Source: Octopus sinensis
Taxonomy: Eukaryota
Direction of reading: 5' to 3'
Length of the DNA stretch: 64,000 nucleotides
Assembly: GCF_006345805.1 (NCBI RefSeq)
Contig: NC_043021.1
Coordinates: forward strand, 24,428,001-24,492,000
Both the position numbers and the translations under genes were made by a program. Numbering within the stretch: position 1 is the stretch's first letter; each line of letters begins with the position of its first letter. The notes beneath the pieces were generated by a model. That model was not told the origin of the DNA. It worked only from the letters and a program-made list of their open reading frames with translations, and searched no databases. Positions 25,402-37,689 of the stretch are shown one piece after another.

Positions 25402-25637
25402 CTGTTGTGTCTGGGGAGAGTCAGTCTCTTTTAGTGCCTTAACACACACACCAGTAAAATTTCCACTTATGTCTTATTTTTATTTTCCTAAAATTTTCAT
25501 TGCGTCTTGCAGACTATTGAAAAGGTTGCAAGACGCAATGAAAAATTTAGAAAATAAAAATAAGAAATAAGTGGGAATTTTACCGTGTGTTAAATAATAA
25601 GGCACTAAAAGAGAATGACTCTCCTCAGACACAACAG
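25402..25637. mobile_element. Fold-back / MITE-like palindrome (~110-bp arms, 15-nt loop)
   Basis: CTGTTGTGTCTG...CATTGCGTCTTGCA / TGCAAGACGCAATG...CAGACACAACAG. Confidence 0.75.
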
Positions 25638-25708
25638 TATAAATAATAAATTAAACTGATTAGAACTAACAGTGAACACTTTCTTATTCCTTTTTCAAAT
25701 ATATATAT

Positions 25709-26035
25709 CGGCGTCTGATATTTGTATCCGGACTGTTGCCATAGTAACGAAGCTTAATTAAAGTACGCAGAGTAAAGCCGCTCGACACAGATTGATCTTG
25801 ACCTTTGCTGTGCATGCGCACTAAGTTTTAACGCTCTAGCTCACTTCCGCCGTTTACAGCAGTGCTTGGAAGGAAAGGGTGTAATGTGTGATCGTCGCAT
25901 TGACCATAACAGAGCAAGTTCTCATGGTGATACCTGCTCAGAGGCCTCTGCAAAGTTGCAGAAAGAGTATGGAGAGGAGTGTATGATCCGCACACAAGTC
26001 TACGAGTTGTTCAGATGTTTCCAAAAGGTTTTTGA
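25709..26035 (+). mobile_element. mariner-derived element, left end
   Basis: GTATCCGGACTGTTG terminal repeat shared with the 57.7-59.0 kb element; KLQKEYGEECMIRTQVYELFRCFQ (mariner helix-turn-helix). Confidence 0.8.
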
Positions 26036-26097
26036 TCGCATGAAACTAGTGGTAGCTCATAAAAATACATATTGTATTTATTAAATATGTTATATAT

Positions 26098-26360
26098 CAC
26101 CGTGACCGACCAGGCTATCAGATGTTGCTACACATCGCTGGTCACATTGTTTTAGCCTTCAAGTGACGCCACCCCGCTGGCTAAGCGAGCAGGCCAGAAT
26201 GAAAGTTGTGGCTAAAGAGTACAGCAGGGATTGCCACCACCCCCTGCCGGAGCCCCGTGGAGCTTTAGGTGTTTTCGCTCAATAAACACTCACAACGCCC
26301 GGTCTGGAAATCGAAGCCGCGAGTCCGCTGCCCTAACCACTGGGTCATTGCGCCTCCACA
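26098..26360 (-). mobile_element. SINE family B
   Basis: Reverse complement of the 21017/28405 copies. Confidence 0.88.
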
Positions 26361-26363
26361 TGT

Positions 26364-26402
<39 letters not shown>

Positions 26403-26692
26403 TGAGAGAGTGAGAGAGGGGGAGAAAGAGAGAAAGAGAGAGAGAGGAAGGAGAGAGATTGAGAATGTGTGTGTGAGAGAGAGGCGGGAGGGAGAACCTT
26501 AAATCATAGCATACAAACACTGAGCCATACAAAACCTTTTTGGATCGGAAAATGTCGCAAGCTGCCGAAAGAGTTTTCCCAGCCAGTGTTTAGCTTTTTG
26601 TGTGGAGTCTCGAGAGCCAATGTTCCAGGGAAGGATTGTTTCACGTTCACTCGAACGTTGATAAAAACATTCTTATGACGTCAATGATATAT

Positions 26693-26858
26693 TGGAGTGG
26701 CTGTGTGGTAAGAAGCCTGCTTACCAACCACATGGTTCCGGGTTCACTCCCACTGCGTGGTATCTTGGGCAAGTGTCTTCTACTATAGCCTCTGGCTGAC
26801 CAAAGCCTTGTGAGTGGATTTGGTTGACGGAAACTGAAAGAAGACCGTCGTATATATG

Positions 26859-26910
<52 letters not shown>

Positions 26911-27108
26911 TGTGTCTGTGTTTGTCACCCCAACATCGCTTGACAACCGATGCTGGTGTGTTTACGTCCCCGTAACTTAGCGGTTCGGCAAAAGGGACCG
27001 ATAGAATAAGTACTAGGCTTACAAAGAATAAGTCATGGGCTCGATTTGCTCGACTAAAGGCGGTGCTCCAGCATGGCCGCAGTCAAATGACTAAAACAAG
27101 TAAAAGAG
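26693..27108 (+). mobile_element. SINE family A, full length
   Basis: Head, core, internal (TA)(TG), tail. Confidence 0.9.
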
Positions 27109-27141
<33 letters not shown>

Positions 27142-27219
27142 ATGTATATGTGTGGGTACGTATTAGTTATTTTTTTCTTTAACTAGTTTCACCTCGAAAG
27201 CTCGTCATTCTGGGACACC

Positions 27220-27295
<76 letters not shown>

Positions 27296-28264
27296 CAAAA
27301 TGGGACAAGAACGCAAAACATTCAAATAGACGATACAAAAACACGGACGGGTCATTCGAAGCCTTTAATCTTCAGTCAAGAACCGGATCATCCTCGCAAT
27401 TTCGGCTGATTAATCTTCAGATTGCTCCGATCTGGCCAGCCCCCAGAGAGAGAGAGAGGGGGAGAAGTGTGAGATAGAATAGAGTCCCATCTGTAAATCA
27501 GTTGGAATATTCATTATTGCCGTGTATAGCATCAGATGTAGATTTATTTTATGATGATGATGAGGAGTTGGGTGGCGGTGGGGGGGCGGTAGCCGTCGCA
27601 AGGAAATAATGTAATAATGGCCATCATGATCATAATGATGGTGATGGTGGTGGTGATGAGAATGCTGGGTATCATTATTGTAATCATCATCATAATCATT
27701 ATCACCATCATCACCATCACCATCATCGTCACAGCCAATAAAACATCGACAACCAAATTACAAGCTGGTGAACCCGTATATCCGGCCCCGACCCCACCCC
27801 CTCTACCTTTCCGCCATCTTCCTCCTCCACCATCCTTGTCTCTCCTAACCTAATCATTCTATCGAATGTAGACATCATAACAATCGCCATCCATATAATC
27901 TTTTAGAGTCGCCATAAATATTACATATCGATATTTTCTTAAAGCAAATATCGAACTCTGATATGTGACCAATTTCTTATCAATATTATCTCCTTCAGTT
28001 GATGTAGTTTTCACCTAAGTGATTATTGGCAACCATTCAGACGTGTCATGTGACCTCGCCGTTCTTCATTTTGTTTTCAGCAGTTTTTTTTCTCTTTTAA
28101 TTCCAGACATCATTACTTGTTCTTCATACTAAAACTATTATTGTCATTATTATCATTGTTGTTGTTGATATTTTCTTTTTCCTCTCGTTTTCGTATTACT
28201 TAGGTTTGTGCGGGGGGGGCAAGTACTGTGGAAGTTCAAGTATATGCGTCTATATATATGCATA

Positions 28265-28363
<99 letters not shown>

Positions 28364-28404
28364 CATACATACCATACATTTATATATGTTTGTATATCAA
28401 TATA

Positions 28405-28700
28405 TGTGGAGACGCAATGGCCCAGTGGGTAGGGCAGCGGACTCGCGGTCGTAGGATCGCGGTTTCGATTCCCAGACCGGGCGTTGTGAGTGCTTATTGA
28501 GCGAAAACACCTAAAAGTTCCACGAGGCTCAGGCAGGGGGTGGTGATCCCTGCTGTACTCTTTCACCACTCTTTCTTCTGTTGGCCTGCTCGCTTAGCCA
28601 GCGGGGTGGCGTCATTCGAAGGCTAAAACAATGCGAACGCATTGTGACCAGCGATGTGTAACTACATCTGATGGACTGGTCGGTCACGTGATCACGTGAT
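28405..28700 (+). mobile_element. SINE family B, full length
   Basis: A/B boxes; GGCCTGCTCGCTTAGCCAGCGGGGTGGCG; tail. Confidence 0.9.
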
Positions 28701-28720
28701 ATCAATATATATAATTATAC

Positions 28721-28762
<42 letters not shown>

Positions 28763-29394
28763 TGTGTTTTTGTGTGTATTTCTGTTGTGTATGTCAATAT
28801 ATTTACAATATTAGCCACGAAACAGAGCCCCGATTAATTGTTGATTCGCTGTTCACTCTCTGTGACGGAATAATAACCATAAAGGAACTAAAGCGTGGGT
28901 TCATTATTCGTGTATCTACCATACAGCGCCTGGCGCGAATTAAACCGTCAAAGCCTATTATATACATTCAATAGGACACCGTGAATATATTTTTCACTGC
29001 ATTTTTCAGATGATATATAAAATATTTCCTAACGAGGGTTAAAGGAATCGTTTGGTTTCTTACACCATTTCAAGCTGCTGCACACATAATATCCATTCAC
29101 TCATGTGTAGCTAGATTTGCAATGTAAATGTAAATTTATGAGATTAGACAAAATATGTAAAGTGATGCAAAAAAAAAAGAAAATTTTAAAAGGTATTATA
29201 TATATATATATATATGCATACACACATGAATGGAGGCGGCTTTTCTGATATTTTTTCCACTTTAATAATTAGATGTTTAATTATTCAAGTGGAAAATTTA
29301 TCGGAAACGCCATTTCTATTCATTTTTTTTCAAATATATTATACTCTATCAAGAACTTTCTATGATATATATATATATATATATATATATGCGC

Positions 29395-29545
29395 AATCGT
29401 CTACCAAATCCACTCACAAGGCTTTGGATGGCCCAGGGCTATTGTAGAAAAGACTTGCCCAAGCTGCCACGCAATGCGACTGTAGCTGGAATCACGTGGT
29501 GGGGAAGCAAGCTTCTTCCTACACAGTTACGCCTGCAGATGCATA
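29395..29545 (-). mobile_element. SINE family A head, diverged
   Basis: CTACCAAATCCACTCACAAGGCTTTGG..AAGACTTGCCCAAG. Confidence 0.72.
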
Positions 29546-29711
29546 TATATACACACATACACAAACACACATAATGTCGCAAGCTGCCGAAAGAGTTTTC
29601 CCAGCCAGTATTTAGCTTTTTGTGTGGAGTCTCGAGAGCCGATGTTCCAGGGAAGGATTGTTTCACGTTCACTCGAACGTTGATAAAAACATTCTTATGA
29701 CGTCAATAATA

Positions 29712-29856
29712 TATTGGAGTGGCTGTGTGGTAAGTAGCTTGCTTACCAACCACATGGTTCCGGGTTCAGTCCCACTGCGTGGTATCTTGGGCAAGTGTCT
29801 TCTACTATAGCCTCTGGCTGACCAAAGCCTTGTGAGTGGATTTGGTAGACGGAAAC
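29712..29856 (+). mobile_element. SINE family A head (part of a local duplication)
   Basis: Shares diagnostic GGTATCTTGGG and GCCTCTGGCTGACC with the 26693 copy. Confidence 0.88.
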
Positions 29857-30414
29857 AAACACACATACACACATACACACACTCACATACAGACACGCGA
29901 GTGTGCGCGTGTGTGTTTGCACATACGAACACAGAAACGTATATTTATGAAGAAAGTGTATGAGTGCGCATCTTTTGAAAGTGTTACCTAAAACAATCTT
30001 TAAAAACAATTAGTACAGACCTGGCAGGTGATATGGGGATATTTTTGTAAGCAGCCTCACGCTCAACATCAGAGTATCTAAGGTTTGAAAAAACTTCACA
30101 GACTCTTTTCTCGGAATGCAAATCCACCTCAGCGGAATTTGAGCTCAGAACTTTTGAGTTCGCACCCTGTTACCATTAAGTACTTCACCCCAATCTCAGA
30201 ATTCAACTTATTTAAACTGAGTGATATTTTAAAAAAACAATTAAAACTAAAACCAGAATCAGGAAAAAAAGATATGAGAAAGTATTAGAATTGATCGACT
30301 TGAAGCAACTTGAAGATTTAGTCGAATATTTAGGAGAGGAAGGAATTGGATAACGATCGGAGGAGATGAAGGCGTAGGGGAAACATACACGGAACATGAC
30401 GTGAAGGTATTTGT

Positions 30415-30696
30415 ATGTATATATACATATATGTATGTGAATGTATGTATGTATGCATATACATATATATGCATACACACACACACACACCATATATATA
30501 TGCATATACATATATATGCATACACACACACATGTATGTATGTATGCATATATGCATATACATATATATGCATACACACACACACACATATATATATGCA
30601 TATACATATATATGCATACACACACACACACATATATATATATATATGCATATACATATATATGCATACAGACATACGTATGTGAATGTATGTATG

Positions 30697-30735
<39 letters not shown>

Positions 30736-30761
30736 CATATATATATATATATATATATATA

Positions 30762-30799
<38 letters not shown>

Positions 30800-30830
30800 T
30801 ATACATTATATGCATACAGACATATATATA
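30415..30830. repeat. Compound (TA)/(CA)/(TATGCA) array
   Basis: GCATATACATATATATGCATACAC block repeated several times. Confidence 0.85.
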
Positions 30831-31599
30831 TATATACTACTGGATATATATTGTTGGCATGTCCGTGTGTATGTACGCGTATACGTATCTATGTATGTTA
30901 ACAGTTGTGTTTATGAATGTGTGTGTGTTGATATCGCTTCCCTGTCAGCATAAGTAGCAGCAGCAGCAGCAGCAGCAATACATTAATGCATTTACTTTAA
31001 TTTACGGAAGATTTTAGTTTCCGCATATCCAATATAACTTGGCTTACGTCATTAAGATATTGTATTAATTGTCGACCACACACATGCGCGCGCACATACA
31101 CACACACACATCTACACATGGAAATGTACATGCATATGTAAGTGTATATATACATATATATATACGCACATGTATATGCATGTACATTTACATATATATA
31201 TATGTGTATATATATATTATATATGCGTATGTATATATATATATATATATTTCTTTACTATATATATATATAAAACACAATGTATATATATATATATATG
31301 TACATTGGATGTATAGAGAGAGAGGCAGACAGACAGAGACAGAGAGGGGGAAGAAGAACGGGAGAGGGAAAGAGAGAGAGAGAGAGGTGAGTAAACTGTC
31401 AACCTTTGATATGAGAAGCATGTCCACCACCTTACCCAACGTTTTCAGTTCTCTACCAGATAATGGTTTTCAGTGTGAAAAATATAATTAAATACACTTT
31501 ACAGCTCCTCCATTAATGCGTGTGTTTGTATATATGTATGTATGTGTGCGTGTGTGTATCTGTGTGTATGCGTGTGCGCGCATATAATGTAATACTCTT

Positions 31600-32010
31600 T
31601 TACTCTTTTACATGATTCAGTCATTTGACTGCGGCCATGCTGGAGCACCGCCCTCAATCGAGCAACTCGACCCCGGGACCCATTCCTTTGCAAGCCCAGT
31701 ACTTACTCTATCGGTCTCCCCTGCCGAACCGCCAAGTGACGGGGACGTAAACACACCAGCATCGGTTGTCAAACAATGCTAGGGGGACAGACACAGACAC
31801 ACAAACATACACGCACACACATATATATATATATACATATATACGACGGGCTTCTTTCAGTTTCTGTCTACCAAATCCACTCACAAGGCATTGGTCGGCC
31901 CGGGGCTATAGCAGAAGACACTTGCCCAAGGTGCCACGCAGTGGGACTGAACCCGGAACCATGTGGTTGGTTAGCAAGCTACTTACCACACAGCCACTTC
32001 TGCGCCTAAT
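31600..32010 (-). mobile_element. SINE family A, full length
   Basis: Reverse complement of family A. Confidence 0.9.
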
Positions 32011-32343
32011 GTGGATTCGATAACAAAAATGACGAGAAGAAAAAAAAACTGGTAAAGCGAAGCATCTGAAATTTTCTGCACTGTCGGTCAAAGTGAATCG
32101 GCAGAGATGAAGACTTTTTGCGCAGCTGATTCATAAGTTGTTTTGGTTTCTGTCGTTGTGTAGGGAGCTGCATGTCAAAGAACAAAGCCAACGTTTTCTC
32201 CTTGTGTTTTGAAAGGCGACTATAAAGGTTTCCGGTAAGATTTGCACACCAATCTCGAACAAACATCAACAGCCACTACCCATCATCACCATTTAAAGCC
32301 TGTTTTCCGGTCTAGCATGAGTTAGACCTCATATATATATATA

Positions 32344-32805
32344 CTAGCAGTATCGCCCGGCGTTGCTCGGGTTTGTAAGGGAAATAACTATATAAGCATT
32401 TTTAGAGAGTTATAGCCAAAAAATAGCAAAAACATGCATTAAGAATGGGAAAAAAATGATGACATTTTTAGAGAGTTACTTCCCTTATATAATATCGAAA
32501 AAAGCATTAAAATGGAAAAAAATGATGGTAATTTTTTTTTTTAATCGTAGACTCATCGTAGACGCGCGCTAATACCCAGAAGGTCTCGATATGAATCACG
32601 ACTATAAGATACCCGGTTTTGGTTAAACTGCACGGCAAAATGTGGGAGTATGTATGTATGTATGTATGTATGTATGTATGTATGTATGTATGTATGTATG
32701 CATGTATGTATATATACAAACACATGTGTATATGCAAACGGCAAGACCCACTCCGGACTCAGGGGACATTTGAAAACCACACAACTTGACTTTTATATAT
32801 AAAGA
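32344..32805 (-). mobile_element. Non-autonomous Helitron
   Basis: Minus strand: A|TCTTTATATAT at 32805; hairpin CCCG-AGCAACGC-CGGG then GCTAG|T at 32344. Confidence 0.75.
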
Positions 32806-33115
32806 TATGGAGGCGCAATGGCCCAGTGGTTAGGGCAGCGGACTCGCGGTCGTAGGATCGCAGTTTCGATTCCCAGACCGGGCGTTGTGAATGTTTATTG
32901 AGCGAAAACACCAAAAGACCCACGAGGCTCCGGCAGGGGGTGGTGGCGATCCCTGCTGTACTCTTTCGCCACAACTTTCTCTCACTCTTTCTTCTGTTGG
33001 CCTGCTCGCTTAGCCAGCGGGGTGGCATCACTTGAAGGCTAAAAGAATGCAAAGCGCATTGTGACCAGCGATGTGTAGCAACATCTGATAGCCTGGTCGG
33101 TTACGTGATCACGTG

Positions 33116-33118
<3 letters not shown>
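32806..33118 (+). mobile_element. SINE family B, full length
   Basis: A/B boxes and tail as in the 28405 copy. Confidence 0.9.
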
Positions 33119-33150
<32 letters not shown>

Positions 33151-33410
33151 TGTATGTATGTATGTATGTATGTATGCATGTATGTATATATACAAACACA
33201 CATGTGTATATGCAAACGGCAAGACCCACTCCGGACTCAGGGGACATTTGAAAACCCATAACGATCCTGTATCTGAGAAGCGTAACCGCTAGACAAATTC
33301 TGTAAGCCCCTCACCAACTTCATGGCTCACTGTCGATCTCACGTTCGTACGACCAATCACTTGTAAGTCAACTTCTCAGCGATGGCCATGCTGTACGTAT
33401 ATACATACAT

Positions 33411-33463
<53 letters not shown>

Positions 33464-33979
33464 TACATACATACACGCATACACATATTTGTAAACATAA
33501 AAGCATAAATATACTTAAGCATACATACATATGGATATACATATACATATGTCTCTCTCTCTATATATATATATGTATGTATGTATGAACGTATATGTGC
33601 ATGTATATGTAAGTGTCTAAGTATCTAACGACAGATAGATTGTTACATACCCATATGTACCTATGTCTGTATACAGTAACTGTTATTTAATGGCATTTTC
33701 TGTTAACATGACCCCAGAAGCTTCAATGAAGCAATAATTAAACTCTCCGTATCGAATTGTCAGATACAAATTATGGTGCTGTCAAGCATCAATATTGATA
33801 TCTTGCACAATTAATTCCAGCTGCAAGCAGATAGTTTTCCTCTTAAATAGAATTACATCCTCTGGCCGCCTCCTACTGCTGTATGCCAATGCAAACTTTC
33901 ATATCTCTCTCCTCTTTTCTATCTATCTTTGCTTATGTATGTATGTAAGTAGCTATCTATCTCTATCTATATATATATA

Positions 33980-34425
33980 TACTCTTTTACTTGTTTCAGT
34001 CATTTGACTGCGGCCATGCTGGAGCACCGCCTTTAATCGAGCAAATCGACCCCGGGACTTATTCTTTGTAAGCCCAGTACTTATTTTATCGGTCTCTTTT
34101 GCCGAACCGCTAAGTGACGGGGACGTAAACACACCAGCATCGGTTGTCAAGCAATGCTAAGGGGCAAACACAGACACACAAACATATACACACACACATA
34201 TATATATACATATATACGACAGGCTTCTTTCAGTTTCCGTCTACCAAATCCACTCACAAGGCATTGGTCGGCCCGGGGCTATAGCAGAAGACACTTGCTC
34301 AAGATGCCACGCAGTGGGACTGAACACAGAACCATGTGGTTGGTTAGCAAGCTACTTACCACACAGTCACTCCTGCGCCTATCACAGCCACTCCTGCGCC
34401 TATAAACAGCCACTCCTGCGCCTAT
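33980..34425 (-). mobile_element. SINE family A, full length, with triplicated 5' end
   Basis: Reverse complement of family A; CAG(T/C)CACTCCTGCGCCTAT x3. Confidence 0.9.
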
Positions 34426-34436
34426 ATATATAAATA

Positions 34437-34950
34437 CTAGCTTAAAGTGACCCGCTCTATGCGCGGGTGACACACACACGCACACACACACACATATATA
34501 TATAAATTAACCCAATAAATATCTGATTCATAATATTTGTTCTCATGATTGTGTGGTAGTTGTGGCGATAATAAAACACTCTATGAATGCAGACAGACGT
34601 ACAGAGAGAGAGAGGTGGGGAGGTGGTGAGGGAAAGAGTGACAGCGCTGGCGAAGGCGGTGGGGGAAAGATAGCAGTAGCTGTCAAACGCCGTTATGGAG
34701 AGAAAGTGAAAGGTAGGGAGGAAAGAGAGAGAGAGGGAGGAAGAAAGGCAGATAAGAGAATGAGAGAATTTTGCCCTAGTAACCACAGCTTTTAAGATAG
34801 TGATTTCTAACCTAGTCCACTTACATCCGCGCCTCTTTTTACATGTCCCTGTAAATTTTGGAGCGAATCCGACGGGATCTAATGCCCTTTAACCCGTTCC
34901 AATGCCAAAACCAGACAAACAAACTTTTCGCATTTCAGATTTATATATAT
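34437..34950 (-). mobile_element. Non-autonomous Helitron, unit 1 of tandem pair
   Basis: 3' hairpin ACCCGCGCATAGAGCGGGT plus GCTAG|T; right end TTCAGATTTATATATAT abuts unit 2. Confidence 0.65.
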
Positions 34951-34951
34951 A

Positions 34952-35706
34952 CTAGCTGAAGGTGATCTGCTCTACGCGCGGGTGAGAGTGTGGTTGTTAC
35001 TTTCTGTTGCTTCCATTCTGTTTTTTATCACCACATTCTCCCTCTTTGTTTCTCTCTCCTTTCTCTCTCACTTTCCCACTCTCTTACTCTTCCTTTCTCT
35101 CGGACTCTCCTTCGCTTTCTCTTACCCTCTATCTTTCTCTATCTATCTGTCTCCCGTTTATAAACAACCAAAGATCTTGAGTAAGTTGAGAAAGAAAATA
35201 TTTTGAAAGATGAATCATAAATATCAGGCAGTGACAACGGAAAGGTCTGCTTCAAGGCAGACAGCAAAAAACTAACATTTAAAAGAAACAAACTTGCGAG
35301 CTGAAAACAAAAATATTGGAAACCAAAGTTTGAAGGGATAGAATCTGAGGATAGTAGAGTCACTATGGCTGGCATTTCTTAACGACGGACAGCAACGTAG
35401 TGGCAGTTTAACGGCTGGCGAAAAAATTTGAACTTGATGTAAAAGAAAATTCCTAAACACCAAGTTTTGAAGTGATTCTTTCTAACGACAGCAGACTCAC
35501 CATAGCAAGCATTCAAAACTTCTTCATCATGGATGGCAATACATTGACGATTTAAAGGCTGGCGCAAATTTTTTAGTTTGATGTAACAGAGAATTCCTAA
35601 ACACCCGCTCCTGTAAATTTTAATTCCCTTCCAGCCCCATTTAGACCCCATTTTGGTTAATATAACCCGATTTCATTCGGGTCTACTCGGGCCACATTTT
35701 ATAAGA
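34952..35706 (-). mobile_element. Non-autonomous Helitron, unit 2 of tandem pair
   Basis: Related hairpin ACCCGCGCGTAGAGCAGAT plus GCTAG|T; A|TCTTAT 5' end at 35706; internal ~145-bp repeat. Confidence 0.6.
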
Positions 35707-35795
35707 TGAGGAATTTTGACCTAGAGGTCAGGCCTTTCATTTGAGGAAAAAAAATAGTTGCCATGCAAACTCGCCAGCACTTTTAACATAGGTGT

Positions 35796-36516
35796 GCATG
35801 TTGTCTCCAAGTGAAGTCTTCTTGCGCCTACAGAGTATCTCAACAGGCATGATAGAGCTGCACAATATATTCACTGGGTAATTTGCAAAAACCTGGATTT
35901 GCCCCATGAAAAAACTGGTGGGAACACAAATCACCTCCAGTGCTTGAAAGTGACCACATTTCACTCCTCTGGAACTTCACCATTCAAACTGACAGAAAGA
36001 TAGACGCGAATAGGCCAGACATCATAGTAAAAGACTTCAGACAAAAAACATGCCTCCTCATTGATATGACCGTCCCAATCGATATAAACGTATCTGTCAA
36101 GACCTACCAGAAACTATAATATAAAGATCTGGAAATAGAAATCAGCAAAATGTGGAACTTGAAGACTAAAGTAATACCTGTTGTTATAGGTGCCCTGGGA
36201 ATGATAGCAAAAGGGGCTGATTGCTACCAAACTCAGATACCAGGAAACCCCAAACTGGCAGAAATTCAAAAGATAGTGCTCATGGGAACTGCTCATATCC
36301 TACGCAAAATACTTTCTATGTAATCTCAAGTTTTAAAACAAACATAATTTTCGTATGGTTTTTTAGGCACTCACTAATACAACACTAAGTACAAAACCAA
36401 ATATATGGCACACTAGGCATAACAACAACATGAACTTCCAACGTGTTGTCTCTAGAGGTCTCTGGGTGAGACTTGGAGCCAGCTTGTGCAAATGTAAAGC
36501 AAAAGTCAAACATAGA
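35796..36516 (+). mobile_element. R4/Dong 3' fragment (subfamily 1)
   Basis: RHDRAAQYIHWVICKNL, ANRPDII, LIDMTVP, GTAHILRKILSM*; same 3' UTR as the 2575 copy. Confidence 0.88.
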
Positions 36517-36524
36517 ATAATAAC

Positions 36525-36576
<52 letters not shown>

Positions 36577-36638
36577 GTAATAATAATAATAATAATATAA
36601 TAATAATAATAATAATAATATAATAATAATAATAATAA
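36516..36638. repeat. (TAA)n tract between Dong copies
   Basis: Direct inspection. Confidence 0.95.
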
Positions 36639-37241
36639 GATGTATTTTAACTCGTCTAACACAACACATGTAAACATGCGTGGAACAACACGATCATCCC
36701 CGACCTCAAACACCATCTACAAAGGAACTACGAAGAAATTAAATGCCACCGATACTATTCAACCCAAGAATAACAATCGAGCGATACGTACATTAAACCT
36801 ACAACAAAAAATGTACGAAAAACTACACGTGCGAAATAATGTGACAACAGAAATAAACGGACCGGTACCCTACGAAAATGACGACCGTCAAAATAATGGC
36901 CGGACGTTGTACCTCATGTCCCGCAATTAAAACCCAAAAGACGTAAATGGACACGTGAGGAATACATTTCTATCTTACACGCATACTTCACAGCAATGCT
37001 CTACCCACAAAATGAAAATACAACAACACATACATATAAAATATGGAAGGAAAATAATAGAGATATAGACTTGGATACAGCAATGATACAGAAAATTGCA
37101 CTACTAGGCACGCACACATCCTACGCAGAACACTTTCCATACAATAACCATCAGAGCATCACAACAAATCAGAGCACATACCCAAGGCACACAGAGCTGC
37201 GCTCGGTAGTGAAGTGAAAGCACGCTATAAAAATAAAACTA

Positions 37242-37246
<5 letters not shown>
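36639..37246 (+). mobile_element. Internally deleted R4/Dong (subfamily 2): N-terminal region fused to 3' end
   Basis: KRRKWTREEYISILHAYFTAMLYP..TYKIWKENN (Myb-like N-terminus) joined at ~37075-37086 to IQKIALLGT plus subfamily 2 3' UTR; (TAA)n on both sides. Confidence 0.68.
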
Positions 37247-37329
<83 letters not shown>

Positions 37330-37334
37330 ATTTT

Positions 37335-37647
37335 AACAAAATACAAAGACCTGGAAATAGAGGTAACCAGAAAGTGGAATCTAAAAACAGAAACAATTCC
37401 TATCATAGCAGGTGCATTAGGCATGATAAAAAAATATTCAGACAAATGCATAACAAAAACACCAGGACTTACAAACACATATAACATACAGAAAATTGCA
37501 CTACTAGGCACTGCACACATCCTACGCAGAACACTTTCCATACAATAACCATCAGAGCATCACAACAAATCACAGCACATACCCAAGGCACACAGAGCTG
37601 CGCTCGGTAGTGAAGTGAAAGCACGCTATAAAAATAAAACTACTGAA
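37335..37647 (+). mobile_element. R4/Dong 3' fragment (subfamily 2)
   Basis: KYKDLEIEVTRKWNLKTETIPIIAGALG..IQKIALLGTAHILRRTLSIQ* plus 3' UTR; (TAA)n on both sides. Confidence 0.88.
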
Positions 37648-37689
37648 TAATAATAATAATAATAATAGTAATAACAACAACAACAAAAG

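Noticed and set aside
27290-27450. Two CTGAAGA and GAA words on the minus strand next to (TA)n
   Set aside because: Cannot be folded into a hammerhead with valid stems I and III.
30334-30406. Possible exon [24 protein letters not shown] ending in AAG|GTATTT, frame-compatible with 48804
   Set aside because: The acceptor has no pyrimidine tract; the P-loop resemblance lacks the lysine.
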